Both the position numbers and the translations under genes were made by a program. A stretch of DNA of 64,000 bases from Candidatus Bathyarchaeota archaeon (GTDB taxonomy: Archaea; Thermoproteota; CALKCG01; B24), in the NCBI GenBank assembly GCA_018396755.1, contig JAGTQM010000002.1:19972-83971 (forward strand), written 5' to 3'. Positions within the stretch are counted from its first letter, which is position 1. Each line of letters opens with the position of its first letter. The notes beneath the pieces were generated by a model. That model ran no database searches. It saw nothing but the letters and a program-made list of their open reading frames with translations, and had not been told where the DNA came from. Shown in pieces: positions 34,893-45,700 of the stretch.

Positions 34893-35639
34893 TTAAAGCC
34901 TGTAGAAAACAGTTTTATCTTCTAAATGAGCTTCATCTATTTTTAGGTAACCAGAATCACCCATCCATATTGGTTTAGCTTTTCTAACGTATAAGCGTCT
35001 ACTGAAGAATGGTGCATCTAGAACAAGTGTTTCATATTCGCCTCCCTCTCCTAGGAGGCTGAAATGATGCTTAGAAGCTAGTCGACTGAAATCTGTAAAG
35101 GAATCGGCATCTAGAATCCTGCCCAACCATTCCTCTGTTAAACCTTCAGCCGCTACGCCTACGACCATTATTAGGAACCCAAGCTCTAACATTTCTCTTA
35201 AAATCCAGTCAGCTTTTCTACCCCATAACGGCGTAAAACTTTTAAGCCCAAGTGTCTCACAAATAGAGTCGATCAGACTTCTCTGATAGGAACTTGCAGA
35301 AACGCCTGAAACAATAGAATCTACATGAAAATCCTCAACTGCTTCTCTAAGCACGCAATAGAGGCCTTTTAAACTACTACGGATGGAGTCACCAGTCCTC
35401 CTCGTGAGGAGAGGCTTGTCCATAGCTTTAGCTTGAAGTGTCGTAAGTTCTACGGCTGGATAATGGAAAACCCAAGATTCAAAACTCTCAGGGATAAGAG
35501 TTACAAGACAAGATACTTCAAAACCCTGATTTATAGAAACCCATAGAGCATAAAGACTGTCTTTACCACCTGAAAAAAGGACAGCAGTTTTCAAATCATT
35601 AAAACCTGGGGGGTTTAAATTCTTTAAGATTTGCCCCAC
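34893..35639 (-). CDS. Diphthine-ammonia ligase-like ATP pyrophosphatase (DUF71/Dph6 N-terminal domain type)
   Basis: AVLFSGGKDSLYAL is the PP-loop. The true start may be TTG at 35594, which would remove the 41-nt overlap with the upstream gene. Confidence 0.65.
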   Translation of the reverse strand: MGQILKNLNPPGFNDLKTAVLFSGGKDSLYALWVSINQGFEVSCLVTLIPESFESWVFHYPAVELTTLQAKAMDKPLLTRRTGDSIRSSLKGLYCVLREAVEDFHVDSIVSGVSASSYQRSLIDSICETLGLKSFTPLWGRKADWILREMLELGFLIMVVGVAAEGLTEEWLGRILDADSFTDFSRLASKHHFSLLGEGGEYETLVLDAPFFSRRLYVRKAKPIWMGDSGYLKIDEAHLEDKTVFYRL

Positions 35640-36120
35640 AATATGGGCAGTATATGGCTCCCGGAGGAATTTTAGCCTTACAATATGGACAGACGTTTAG
35701 AGGCAGCGGTTGTTGTGGAGGAGTTATACGGCTTTTAATGTAGGAGCCGACGAAACCTCCTCCAAACCCTATGCCAAGCTGTACTAGGAAACTTATTATA
35801 GATAGTAGCAAGAGCATTGGTAAGCCTAACGACTCTATTTCTGAAATCTCCGGAGGTATTATTAGTAAACCCATCTGGATTAAAACCGTTTGTATAGGCG
35901 GTCTCACCATTAGAGTATCTACGACTGCAGTTATAGCTCCCACTTTACCACCATCCTTCATAGGCTCTATGAAGAAGCTTCCGGCAACTAAACCTCCTAA
36001 AAACGGGGAGATTAGAATGATATCTGAGTAACCAGCCGTCAGTAGAATTATAAAATCTAAAACTGCACATGTAACAATACCTAACAGCACAGATAATCCA
36101 GTTCTAGGTTTCATTTCCAA
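35599..36120 (-). CDS. Membrane protein with a C-terminal double zinc ribbon
   Basis: 173 aa. Several TM helices are followed by CPYCKAKIPPGAIYCPYCGANL. Confidence 0.5.
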   Translation of the reverse strand: MEMKPRTGLSVLLGIVTCAVLDFIILLTAGYSDIILISPFLGGLVAGSFFIEPMKDGGKVGAITAVVDTLMVRPPIQTVLIQMGLLIIPPEISEIESLGLPMLLLLSIISFLVQLGIGFGGGFVGSYIKSRITPPQQPLPLNVCPYCKAKIPPGAIYCPYCGANLKEFKPPRF

Positions 36121-36216
36121 GATTTAGAGAAAAATCAACGATTTAAGTATTTAGCTTTTTAAGAGAATGCTTAAGTCTCGCAGTAAGTCAAATTCTAATA
36201 GGTGTCCAACTATTAG

Positions 36217-37602
36217 ATGGGAATTATAAAAAATTTTGAAGGTTTAATTTCTAACGGCTTAACTGACGGAGATAAAAGAGCCAGAGCCATTTGTCTAAAC
36301 GTTCTAAAGAGAACCCTAGAAGAGATAAATCCAATAAATATGATAAAGTCAAGCGTTAAGAGAAACGGTTCAATACTCAATATAGGAAGTTTAACGTTAA
36401 ATCTTGACGATTTTAAACGCATCTACCTAGTAGGTTTCGGTAAAGCCAGCCACCTTATGGCTTTAGCCATAGAACAACTCATAGGAGATAGAATCAGCAG
36501 AGGCTTTATAAATGTACTCAAGGGTGTAGAATTCAAATCTTTAACTGGTAGGGTTGAGTTTATAGAGGCAAGTCACCCAATACCTGATTTTAGTGGACAG
36601 AGAGGTGCAGAAGAAATCATGAGAATTGTTTCGGAGGCTTCAGAACACGACTTGGTGATATGTCTTATTTCAGGCGGTGGATCTGCCATGACACCAATGC
36701 CCGCAGATGGCATATCGCTTGAGGAAAAACAACAGGTTACACAGCTTCTTCTTAAAAGTGGAGCCAATATAAACGAGTTTAATGCTGTTAGAAAACACAT
36801 ATCAGCCTTCAAAGGCGGATTACTAGCTAAATACGCGTATCCAGCTAGGGTCTTAAGTTTAATAATATCAGACGTAGTAGGTGACAGATTAGACGTTATT
36901 TCATCTGGACCAACATCACCGGACACTTCAACTTTTCAAGATGTTTACCATGTGCTTATTAAATACAATTTATGGGGTCGTATACCGGAATCAGTCAGAA
37001 GGCGGATAGAAGCTGGTTTGAAGGGGGAAGTAGAGGAGACTCCAAAACCAGGAGATAAAATCTTTGAAAAAGTTCATAATTTCATAGTTGGAAGCAATAG
37101 ATTGGCCTGTAAAATAGCTGTTAAAACGGCTAACGAATTGGGTTTAAATTCAGCTATCTTATCCTCCGTAGTTGAAGGAGAGGCTAGACACGTAGGTACA
37201 GTATACGGCGGTATACTCGTTGAAGAAGCTTTAGAAAACAACCCTATTGACAAACCTGCAACTATAATCGCCGGCGGTGAAACTACGGTCACAGTTAAAG
37301 GATCTGGGATTGGAGGTAGAAATCAAGAGCTCATTCTCTCAGCATCTATGAAAATACAGGGTCTTGAAAACGTTGCAATAGCATCTATTGGAACGGATGG
37401 GGTTGACGGTTTAACTGATGCGGCTGGAGCTATAGCTGATGGTAAAACTGTTCAAAGAACGATCGAAGCGAACTTAGACCCGAAGGAGTATCTCGACAAT
37501 AATGACTCTTATAGATTTTTTAAGAAGCTGGGCGACCTCATATTTACAGGACCTACAGGTGTGAATTTAATGGATATAACCATTATGGTAGCATTAAAGT
37601 AG
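36217..37602 (+). CDS. Glycerate 2-kinase / MOFRL-family protein
   Basis: 461 aa. LVGFGKAS...LISGGGSA...GGETTV...GGRNQE...GTDGVDG (DUF4147 plus MOFRL layout). Confidence 0.75.
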   Translation: MGIIKNFEGLISNGLTDGDKRARAICLNVLKRTLEEINPINMIKSSVKRNGSILNIGSLTLNLDDFKRIYLVGFGKASHLMALAIEQLIGDRISRGFINVLKGVEFKSLTGRVEFIEASHPIPDFSGQRGAEEIMRIVSEASEHDLVICLISGGGSAMTPMPADGISLEEKQQVTQLLLKSGANINEFNAVRKHISAFKGGLLAKYAYPARVLSLIISDVVGDRLDVISSGPTSPDTSTFQDVYHVLIKYNLWGRIPESVRRRIEAGLKGEVEETPKPGDKIFEKVHNFIVGSNRLACKIAVKTANELGLNSAILSSVVEGEARHVGTVYGGILVEEALENNPIDKPATIIAGGETTVTVKGSGIGGRNQELILSASMKIQGLENVAIASIGTDGVDGLTDAAGAIADGKTVQRTIEANLDPKEYLDNNDSYRFFKKLGDLIFTGPTGVNLMDITIMVALK

Positions 37603-37625
37603 CCTACGGATTCAGGTGATTTTAT

Positions 37626-38582
37626 ATGTATACCAGTTGCGTAGGAAGTTTTCCAGTAGAATTCTGTAGAGAATCTGTGGAAAAGATTGCAAAGGATATG
37701 TATAGCATCGGTTTAACGCATCCCAGTTATCCGCAACTCAGAGATTTCACAGCCATGTTTCTCGACCCCTTGTCTTCTCAAGAATTCATTTACAAAAACG
37801 GCTTAGATTACGTGTTTTTGGCCGACAGAGTTGGAGAATTGGAGAAAGCAGATATATCTGTACCCTTTGAAGCCCTATGGTTTGCAGAATACGTTGGGAG
37901 ACATCGTTTAAATTTTGCAGGCTTAAGAGCGCCTGTAACTGGAGTTTTCACGTTGGCTTCACGGGTCTATCGGACTAAGAAACCACATTCAATAAGAGAA
38001 TCTCTAATGAACGATTTGATGTTCTTAGAGGGTTTAGCTTCCGCCATATCGAATTTGATACGTAAACTTGAGGATTTAGGGTATAATCTAATAGTAGTCG
38101 ATGAACCTATTCTTTCGGTTGTCTACGGAGGTGGAATATCGCTACTTAAACATAGGAGCGAAGATGTTTTAAGAATATTTGGAAAATTTGAAACGCGTAA
38201 GTCTGTTATAGGTATACACGTGTGCGGTAGGATTTCACCAGCTCTATCTAAACTGCTTTTAGAATCTAACTTCACGCTTTTAGACCATGAATTTAAAGAT
38301 ACACCGGAGAATTTTAAAAATTTAAACCCGAAGGAAATCAAGGAATCGGATAAGCTGTTATCTGTAGGTTGCGTATCTTCTAAGAAGGTTGAAGTTGAAG
38401 AAATTGAAGAAGTTTTAAGTATTTTATCTAAAGCAGTAAACCTCTATGGCGATAAAGTCTACATGGCTAAGCCGGATTGTGGATTTAGAGGTTTAAGAGG
38501 TATTTTACCTGAGGATGAGGCGTATAAAGTCAGCATTATGAAGCTTAAAACGATTGTTGAATCTGTGAAAAGACTTAATTAG
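37626..38582 (+). CDS. Core-MetE-like (cobalamin-independent methionine synthase family, catalytic domain only)
   Basis: 318 aa. Contains VVDEP, IHVCG and KPDCGFRG, the zinc-ligand contexts of the MetE C-terminal domain. Confidence 0.6.
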   Translation: MYTSCVGSFPVEFCRESVEKIAKDMYSIGLTHPSYPQLRDFTAMFLDPLSSQEFIYKNGLDYVFLADRVGELEKADISVPFEALWFAEYVGRHRLNFAGLRAPVTGVFTLASRVYRTKKPHSIRESLMNDLMFLEGLASAISNLIRKLEDLGYNLIVVDEPILSVVYGGGISLLKHRSEDVLRIFGKFETRKSVIGIHVCGRISPALSKLLLESNFTLLDHEFKDTPENFKNLNPKEIKESDKLLSVGCVSSKKVEVEEIEEVLSILSKAVNLYGDKVYMAKPDCGFRGLRGILPEDEAYKVSIMKLKTIVESVKRLN

Positions 38583-38615
38583 TGTAAGCCCCCATTATGG
38601 TTAAAGGTGAGCTGA

Positions 38616-39098
38616 ATGGTTAAGGTTTTAGTGGTCTATTATTCGCGTGGAGGAAACACGCGAAAGCTTGCAGAAATGCTTACAATGGCGCTTAAAGAGG
38701 AAGATTTAGAAGTTTGCATGAAAACGGTGTTGGATACAAAAGTTGAAGAGCTTTTAGAATATGAGGGGATTGTCATAGGCTCCCCAACCTACTACGGTCA
38801 AATGGCGGGAGAAGTTAAAAAGTTTCTAGATGAAACCGTTAGACTCCACGGTAAACTTGATGGTAAAGCTGGCTTAGCTTTTACAACGGCTGGTGGATAT
38901 GGAACTGGAGGTGAAACAACCATATTATCGATCATACAGGCCATGTTAATACACGGTATGATTGTTCAAGGAGACCCAGAAGATTTACATTATGGAATAA
39001 TAACGAGAGGAATGCCTAAAGATGAAGACTTTGATACTGTTAAGTCTAAAGCTAAGAGGTTTGCTATGTTGATTAAAAAATTGAAGATTGAAGCTTAA
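38616..39098 (+). CDS. Flavodoxin/WrbA-like FMN protein
   Basis: MVKVLVVYYSRGGNTRKLAE...GSPTYYG. Confidence 0.75.
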   Translation: MVKVLVVYYSRGGNTRKLAEMLTMALKEEDLEVCMKTVLDTKVEELLEYEGIVIGSPTYYGQMAGEVKKFLDETVRLHGKLDGKAGLAFTTAGGYGTGGETTILSIIQAMLIHGMIVQGDPEDLHYGIITRGMPKDEDFDTVKSKAKRFAMLIKKLKIEA

Positions 39099-39197
39099 CC
39101 TCATATTCCTAGAATACTTATACACTCATCTGTTGAGAGAAATATTTATTAAAGGCTGAGCGTTATCTAGGTTAGCACCTTCTAAGCAGGTTTAAAT

Positions 39198-39452
39198 ATG
39201 AGCACCCAACAAAAAATTAAGTTTAATATCTTTCAACATGAGCTTGTTCCTAAACATAGTATTTTAACAAAAGATGAAGTGGAGGATCTTCTAAGAAGAT
39301 ATCGTATTGAGAAATACCATCTTCCCAAGATTAGAGTTAGAGACCCAGCTGCTTTACTCATAGGCGCTAAACCTGGAGATGTTATTAGAATTGTTAGAAG
39401 AAGTCCTACGGCTGGGTTAGCTGTATTTTATAGATTTGTTGTAGGTGGTTGA
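39198..39452 (+). CDS. rpoH: RNA polymerase subunit H (Rpo5)
   Basis: HELVPKHSILTKDEVEDLLRRYRIEKYHLPKIRVRDPAA...GDVIRIVRRSPTAG. Confidence 0.9.
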   Translation: MSTQQKIKFNIFQHELVPKHSILTKDEVEDLLRRYRIEKYHLPKIRVRDPAALLIGAKPGDVIRIVRRSPTAGLAVFYRFVVGG

Positions 39453-39453
39453 A

Positions 39454-42400
39454 ATGTACACGCAAGAAGATATGTGGCTTTTAATGAAGGCTTTCTTTCA
39501 AGAGAAAGGCTTAGTTAGACAACATTTAGACTCTTATAACGAATTTGTTGAAAAAGAACTACAACAGATCATAGATTCCATTGGTGGTGTGGAGATACCT
39601 ACTAGCGGCGGCAATCTCTATATAAAGTTTGGTGAAATTAGCATAGGTAGTCCAAGAATCACAGAAGTTGATGGCTCATCTCATGAAGTTACCCCGCTTG
39701 AATGCAGACTTAGAAACCTCACATACGCGGCGCCTCTCTTTTTAGAGATGACACCAATATTGAACGGAAAGACTATAACTACCGATACCGTTTACATTGG
39801 CGATTTACCGATTATGCTTAAATCTGAAATTTGCCCTTTAAGTAAAATGGCTAGAGAAGAACTTTTAGAGATAGGTGAAGACCCTGATGATCCAGGTGGC
39901 TATTTTATAATAAATGGCTCTGAGAGGCTTATTGTAGGTTTTGAAGATCTTGCCCCTAACAAGGTTATCGTAGACATCGATAGAAGCACTTCTAGGTTTG
40001 TCTATAGGGCTAAAGTTTTCTCCACAACAGTTGGCTTTAGAACGAGGGTTGAAGTTAAGCTTAAATCTGATGGAGCTATATATGTTTCAATACCTGGTGT
40101 ACCAGTAGAACTTCCATTTGTAGTATTAATGAAGGCTCTTGGAGTTGAAAAAGACAGCGAAATTGCGGAAATGGTTTCACCAGACCCTACGATTATAGAG
40201 CAGCTTGAACCTTCATTCGATAAAGCTCCTAGAATTGACAGCACTGAGAAGGCTATAGTTTTCATAGGCAATAAAATTGCATATGGTCAAGATGAAGCAC
40301 GTAGAATACAGAGAGCCAATTCAATACTAGATAACAACTTGTTTTTACACTTAGGTACAATTCTTGAAGCTAGACTTACTAAAGCTAGATACTTGGCGGA
40401 AATAGCTTGTCGACTTATAGAACTTAAACTCGGCTTCAGAGTAGAGGATGATAAAGACCATTATGCTAATAAACGTATTAGACTTTCAGGCCCTCTACTT
40501 GCAGACCTATTTAGATCCATATTTCGAGACATGATTAAAGATATGAGTTATCAACTTGAACGCTTATCTGCCAAGAAGCTTGTAAACGAATCTATTAAAT
40601 TGGCCATTAGACCTGGCATTCTAACAGAGAGATTGCAACACGCTATTGCCACAGGTAATTGGGGTAGAAATAGAGTCGGTGTCAGCCAACTCTTGGATAG
40701 GACGAATATACTCTCAACGCTTAGCCACCTACGTAGATTACAATCTCCTTTAAGTAGAAGCCAGCCAAACTTTGAAGCTAGAGAACTTCATTCAACACAT
40801 TTTGGCAGATTATGTCCAATTGAAACTCCAGAAGGATCAAACTGCGGTCTTGTCAAAAACCTAGCCCTCATGGCTACAATATCGGTCTCAGCGGATGTAG
40901 ATCACGTTTACAAAGTTTTGAAGGATTTAGGATGTATTTCAGTTGAGGATACAGATAGGGAAACCCGTATTAGAGGCGTGAAGGTTTACATCAACGGAAC
41001 ATTGAGCTTCTATACTTTGAAGCCAGAGAAACTTGTAAGAGATTTTATACGATATAGACGTAGAGGACGTGTAAGCACTGAAGTAAACATAGCGTATCTT
41101 AAAGCTAAGAATGAGATTCAAGTTAACTGTGACGCAGGTAGATGTAGAAGAGCCTTGATAGTCGTTGAAAACGGTACTCCGCTACTTAAACAGGAACATT
41201 TGAATGCATTGAAAAAGGGACTATTAAAGTGGGAAGACCTTGTAAAGATAGGCGTCATAGAGTATTTAGACGCTGAAGAAGAAGAAAATGCTTACATAGC
41301 TTTGAAAGTTGAGGACATTAAACCTGAAACAACTCACTTGGAGATAAGCAACTTCACTATTCTTGGGATATGCGGTTCAATTATACCTTTTGCTGAACAT
41401 AACCATTCACCTAGAAACAGCTATGAAGCAGCTATGGCTAAACAAGCTATAGGCGTATATACGATAAACTACTTTCTAAGGATGGATTCTAGAGCGCATT
41501 TCCTACATTATCCCCAAAAGCCTCTAGTAGAGACCAAGTCTATGGAAATTATGGGCTTCCATAAAAGACCAACTGGTCAGAATATGGTGGTCGCCATTTT
41601 AACAATGGGTGGATATAACATGGAGGATGCCATAATATTCAATAAACATTCCATAGAGAGGGGGTTGGCGAGGTCTTCATTCTTCCAACTTTATGAAGCT
41701 GAGTGTTACCAATACATGGGAGGAGAGAAGGATTCCATTGAAATACCATCAAGCGGAATGAGAGGATACATGGGTGATGAGTACTACAGAGTTTTAGAAG
41801 AAGATGGAATAGCAAGCGTTGAAAGTGAAGTTCAAGGTGGTGATGTCCTAATCGGTAGGACAAGCCCACCCAGATTCATAGAGGAGTATAGAGAATTGGA
41901 AGCTAAAGGTCCATCTAGAAGAGATACTTCAGTAACGCTAAGACCATCTACAAGAGGAATTGTAGACACAGTTGTAGTAACTGAAACGTCTCAGGGCAAT
42001 AAGATAGTTAAAGTGAAAGTTAGAAGCAATAGGATACCTGAAATAGGGGATAAGTTCGCTTCTAGACATGGCCAAAAAGGAGTCATAGGAATGGTCTACC
42101 CATCTGAGGATATGCCGTTTACGGAAAATGGGGTTGTCCCCGATGTTATAATAAACCCACATGCTTTTCCATCTAGGATGACTGTAGGTCAACTTCTAGA
42201 GTCGTTATTCGGTAAAGCTGCTGCCCTTATGGGTAGACCCGTAGATGGATCTGCATTCCAAGAGGAGAAAATTGAGGACATAGAAGCCATGTTGAAACAC
42301 TACGGTTTTGAACTTACTGGTAAAGAGGTTATGTATAGCGGTTTAACCGGTGAGAAACTTGAGGCTAAAGTTTACATAGGTGTTGTCTACTATCAGAGGC

Positions 42401-42783
42401 TGCATCATATGGTAGCCGATAAAATTCATGCTAGAGCCAGAGGACAAGTCCAAATGCTCACAAGACAACCGACGGAAGGTAGAGCGAGGGGGGGAGGGTT
42501 AAGGTTTGGTGAGATGGAGAGGGATTGCTTGATAGGATATGGTGCAGCTATGCTTATTAAAGATAGAATGCTGGAGGAGTCGGATAAATTTACAGCATAT
42601 GTCTGTACGAAGTGTGGACTTTTAGCCTACTATGATTCAAAAACGGGTAAACATGTCTGTAGGATCTGTGGAGAAGATGCTAAAATCCATCCAATGGTCA
42701 TGCCTTACGCATTTAAACTTCTCCTCCAGGAGCTTATGAGCATGTGTATTGCTCCTAAAATCATAGTTGAAGAGGGGGTTTAA
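39454..42783 (+). CDS. rpoB: RNA polymerase subunit B (Rpo2), unsplit
   Basis: About 1109 aa. Contains GDKFASRHGQKGV, QPTEGRARGGGLRFGEMERD and the C-terminal zinc ribbon CTKCG...CRICG. The ATG at 39454 lies just after the rpoH stop. The track start is GTG 39445. Confidence 0.95.
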   Translation: MYTQEDMWLLMKAFFQEKGLVRQHLDSYNEFVEKELQQIIDSIGGVEIPTSGGNLYIKFGEISIGSPRITEVDGSSHEVTPLECRLRNLTYAAPLFLEMTPILNGKTITTDTVYIGDLPIMLKSEICPLSKMAREELLEIGEDPDDPGGYFIINGSERLIVGFEDLAPNKVIVDIDRSTSRFVYRAKVFSTTVGFRTRVEVKLKSDGAIYVSIPGVPVELPFVVLMKALGVEKDSEIAEMVSPDPTIIEQLEPSFDKAPRIDSTEKAIVFIGNKIAYGQDEARRIQRANSILDNNLFLHLGTILEARLTKARYLAEIACRLIELKLGFRVEDDKDHYANKRIRLSGPLLADLFRSIFRDMIKDMSYQLERLSAKKLVNESIKLAIRPGILTERLQHAIATGNWGRNRVGVSQLLDRTNILSTLSHLRRLQSPLSRSQPNFEARELHSTHFGRLCPIETPEGSNCGLVKNLALMATISVSADVDHVYKVLKDLGCISVEDTDRETRIRGVKVYINGTLSFYTLKPEKLVRDFIRYRRRGRVSTEVNIAYLKAKNEIQVNCDAGRCRRALIVVENGTPLLKQEHLNALKKGLLKWEDLVKIGVIEYLDAEEEENAYIALKVEDIKPETTHLEISNFTILGICGSIIPFAEHNHSPRNSYEAAMAKQAIGVYTINYFLRMDSRAHFLHYPQKPLVETKSMEIMGFHKRPTGQNMVVAILTMGGYNMEDAIIFNKHSIERGLARSSFFQLYEAECYQYMGGEKDSIEIPSSGMRGYMGDEYYRVLEEDGIASVESEVQGGDVLIGRTSPPRFIEEYRELEAKGPSRRDTSVTLRPSTRGIVDTVVVTETSQGNKIVKVKVRSNRIPEIGDKFASRHGQKGVIGMVYPSEDMPFTENGVVPDVIINPHAFPSRMTVGQLLESLFGKAAALMGRPVDGSAFQEEKIEDIEAMLKHYGFELTGKEVMYSGLTGEKLEAKVYIGVVYYQRLHHMVADKIHARARGQVQMLTRQPTEGRARGGGLRFGEMERDCLIGYGAAMLIKDRMLEESDKFTAYVCTKCGLLAYYDSKTGKHVCRICGEDAKIHPMVMPYAFKLLLQELMSMCIAPKIIVEEGV

Positions 42784-42784
42784 C

Positions 42785-45700
42785 ATGGTTTTAGAAACCT
42801 ATAAAAATGTAACCGGGATAAAATTCGGTTTACTCTCACCCCATGAAATTAGGAAAATGTCTGTGGTGGAGATTCGGACAGCTGATACGTATGATGAAGA
42901 CGGCCTACCAATACCAACTGGACTTATGGATAGTAGACTCGGCACGTTGGAGCCTAGACAGAGATGTGCAACATGCGGAAATACTGCAACATCATGCCCC
43001 GGACATTTTGGCCATATAGAGTTTGCAGTTCCCATAATACATATCGGTTTTGTTAAGTACATTCAAGAGCTTCTGACGATTACCTGTAGGGAGTGCGGTA
43101 GAATCCTCATTCCAACAGATAAAGTTGAAGAATTTCAGAATAGAATGGAGCAGCTTAAAAAGGCATTTGGAGAAGTTTCAAAGGATTTTTTTGACAGCAT
43201 TAAGAAAGAAGCTAGAAAAAGGTCGGAATGCCCCCATTGTGGAAGTACGCAATATCGTATAGAGCTTATAAAGCCTACGTCGTTCTACGAGTACCAGAAA
43301 GATGGGGGTGTTACGAGATTAGATCCAAGCATCATAAGAAGTAGGCTTGAAAGGATACCTGACGAAGATCTTAAACTTCTAGGGTATGATCCATCTTTAG
43401 CGAGACCCGAGTGGGCGATTCTTCAAGTTCTTCCAGTTCCACCAGTTTATGTTAGACCATCTATAACGCTTGAAACAGGTATAAGGTCTGAAGATGATTT
43501 AACCCATAAACTCGTAGATATTATACGTATTAATGAGAGACTTAAAGAAGCTATTGCAAGTGGAGCTCCGACAGTTATAAGAGAAGAACTTTCAGACCTT
43601 CTTCAGTACCATGTAACTACTTATATAGATAACGAAACTTCAGGAATCCCCCCATCTAGACACAGGTCTGGTAGAGCACTTAAAACTTTAAGTCAGAGGC
43701 TTAAAGGGAAGGAGGGGAGGTTTAGATTAAACCTTACAGGTAAAAGAGTTGACTTTTCAGCTAGAACCGTCATATCTCCTGACCCATGTTTAAGTATAGA
43801 TGAAGTGGGAGTTCCAATAGATATAGCCAAGAAACTTACAATTTCAGAACGAGTTACTCCTTGGAATATAGAGGAAATGAAGAGGCTAGTTGCAAATGGT
43901 CCTGACAATTATCCTGGAGCACTATACATAACTAGACCGGACGGTAGGAAAATTAGACTCGATTTTGTAACTGATAGAAGTAGGCTGGTGGATGAATTGC
44001 AACCTGGCTACATTGTTGAACGACATATTAGAGATGGTGAAATTGCGTTATTTAACCGGCAGCCATCGCTTCATAGAATATCGATAATGGCGCATAGGGT
44101 TAAAATCCTACCCTATAAGACGTTTAGACTCCACCTAGCAGTATGTATACCGTATAATGCTGACTTCGATGGAGATGAAATGAACCTTCACATTCCTCAA
44201 AGTGAGGAGGCGCGATCCGAGGCTCGTCTACTTATGCAGGTTCAAGATCAGATAATATCTCCTAGATATGGGGCGCCTATAATAGGTTCAACTAGAGATT
44301 TTTTAACCGCAGCGTATCTTCTCACTCGGAAAGACACGTACGTCGATAGAGAGCAATTATATACTCTTTTAGCAGCCATAGGTTATGATGGTGAAATTCC
44401 TTCTCCTGCTAAAATAGAGCCAGAACCATTATGGAGCGGTAAGCAAGTTTTCAGTCTGCTTTTACCTAAAGACTTTAACTACTTTGGCAGAGCAGCTGTA
44501 TGTAAACATAAACATACATCTCCGGATGAAGACTGCCCATTAGAAGGCGTAGTAGTCGTTAAGAATGGACAGTTGATTAAGGGAGTTATAGACAAAAATT
44601 CTATAGGAGCTGAAAGAGCGGAAACACTATATCATAGGATAGTTAGAGACTATGGTACGGCGTTTGCTGCTGAGTTTCTCAATAAACTCTGCAGACTACT
44701 GAACACTTTTATATCGATTAGAGGATTTAGCTTCTCTCTAGACGAACTTAACCTACCTGACAATGTTAAAGAATCTATACGTCAGGTTATAGAGGAGTCT
44801 GAGAAAACAGTCCGTCAGCTGATCGATGAATATAGAAAAGGTACATTGAGGAGAATACCTGGAAAGACTATGGAAGAGTCGCTTGAGATTCTCATAATGA
44901 ATGAGCTTTCTAAAGCTAGAGACCGTTGTGATGAAATCGCTTCCTCTTCATTAAGTTTAGACAATCAAGGCATAGTAATGGTTAGATGTGGAGCTAGAGG
45001 ATCTGAACTTAATGTTGGTCATATGACTGCTTGTCTAAGTCAACAGTCTGTAAGAGGAAGGAGAATTTCATGTGGATATATTGAAAGGGCCCTGCCGCAT
45101 TTCCGATGGGGCGATCAAAGTCCGAAAGCTAGAGGTTTCATAGAATCATCCTTCTATAAAGGTTTATCTCCAATAGAGTTTTTCTTCCACTCCATGGCGG
45201 GTAGGGAGGGTCTAATCGATACTGCTGTTAGAACTCAGCAAAGCGGCTATATGCAGAGAAGGCTTATTCATGCGCTCGAATTTCTGAGGGTTGAATATGA
45301 TGGGACGGTTAGAACAACTAATGGTGAAATAGTACAGTTTAAGTATGGTGAGGATGGAGTAGACCCGTCTAAGAGTGATCACGGTAAAGCAGTAAACCTG
45401 CAACGCCTCTTGGAGAGAATGGATATCAAGGAGGGAAAAACACCTCTCAGACTCAGTGAGATTAATGAGATTTTGGAGAAGTATAGTAATAGACTTACAC
45501 ATTTCTACATTTTAAGCCTTAGAAAGCTAATACGTGATAAGCATTTAAGTAGAGAAGATGCTACTAGGCTTGTAGAGGCTACAGTAGAGGAATTTGAAAA
45601 ATCCCAAGTGGACCCTGGAGAAGCCGTTGGAGTTGTAGCGGCTCAATCTATAGGCGAGCCAGGTACACAAATGACTCTTAGAGTATTCCACTTTGCTGGT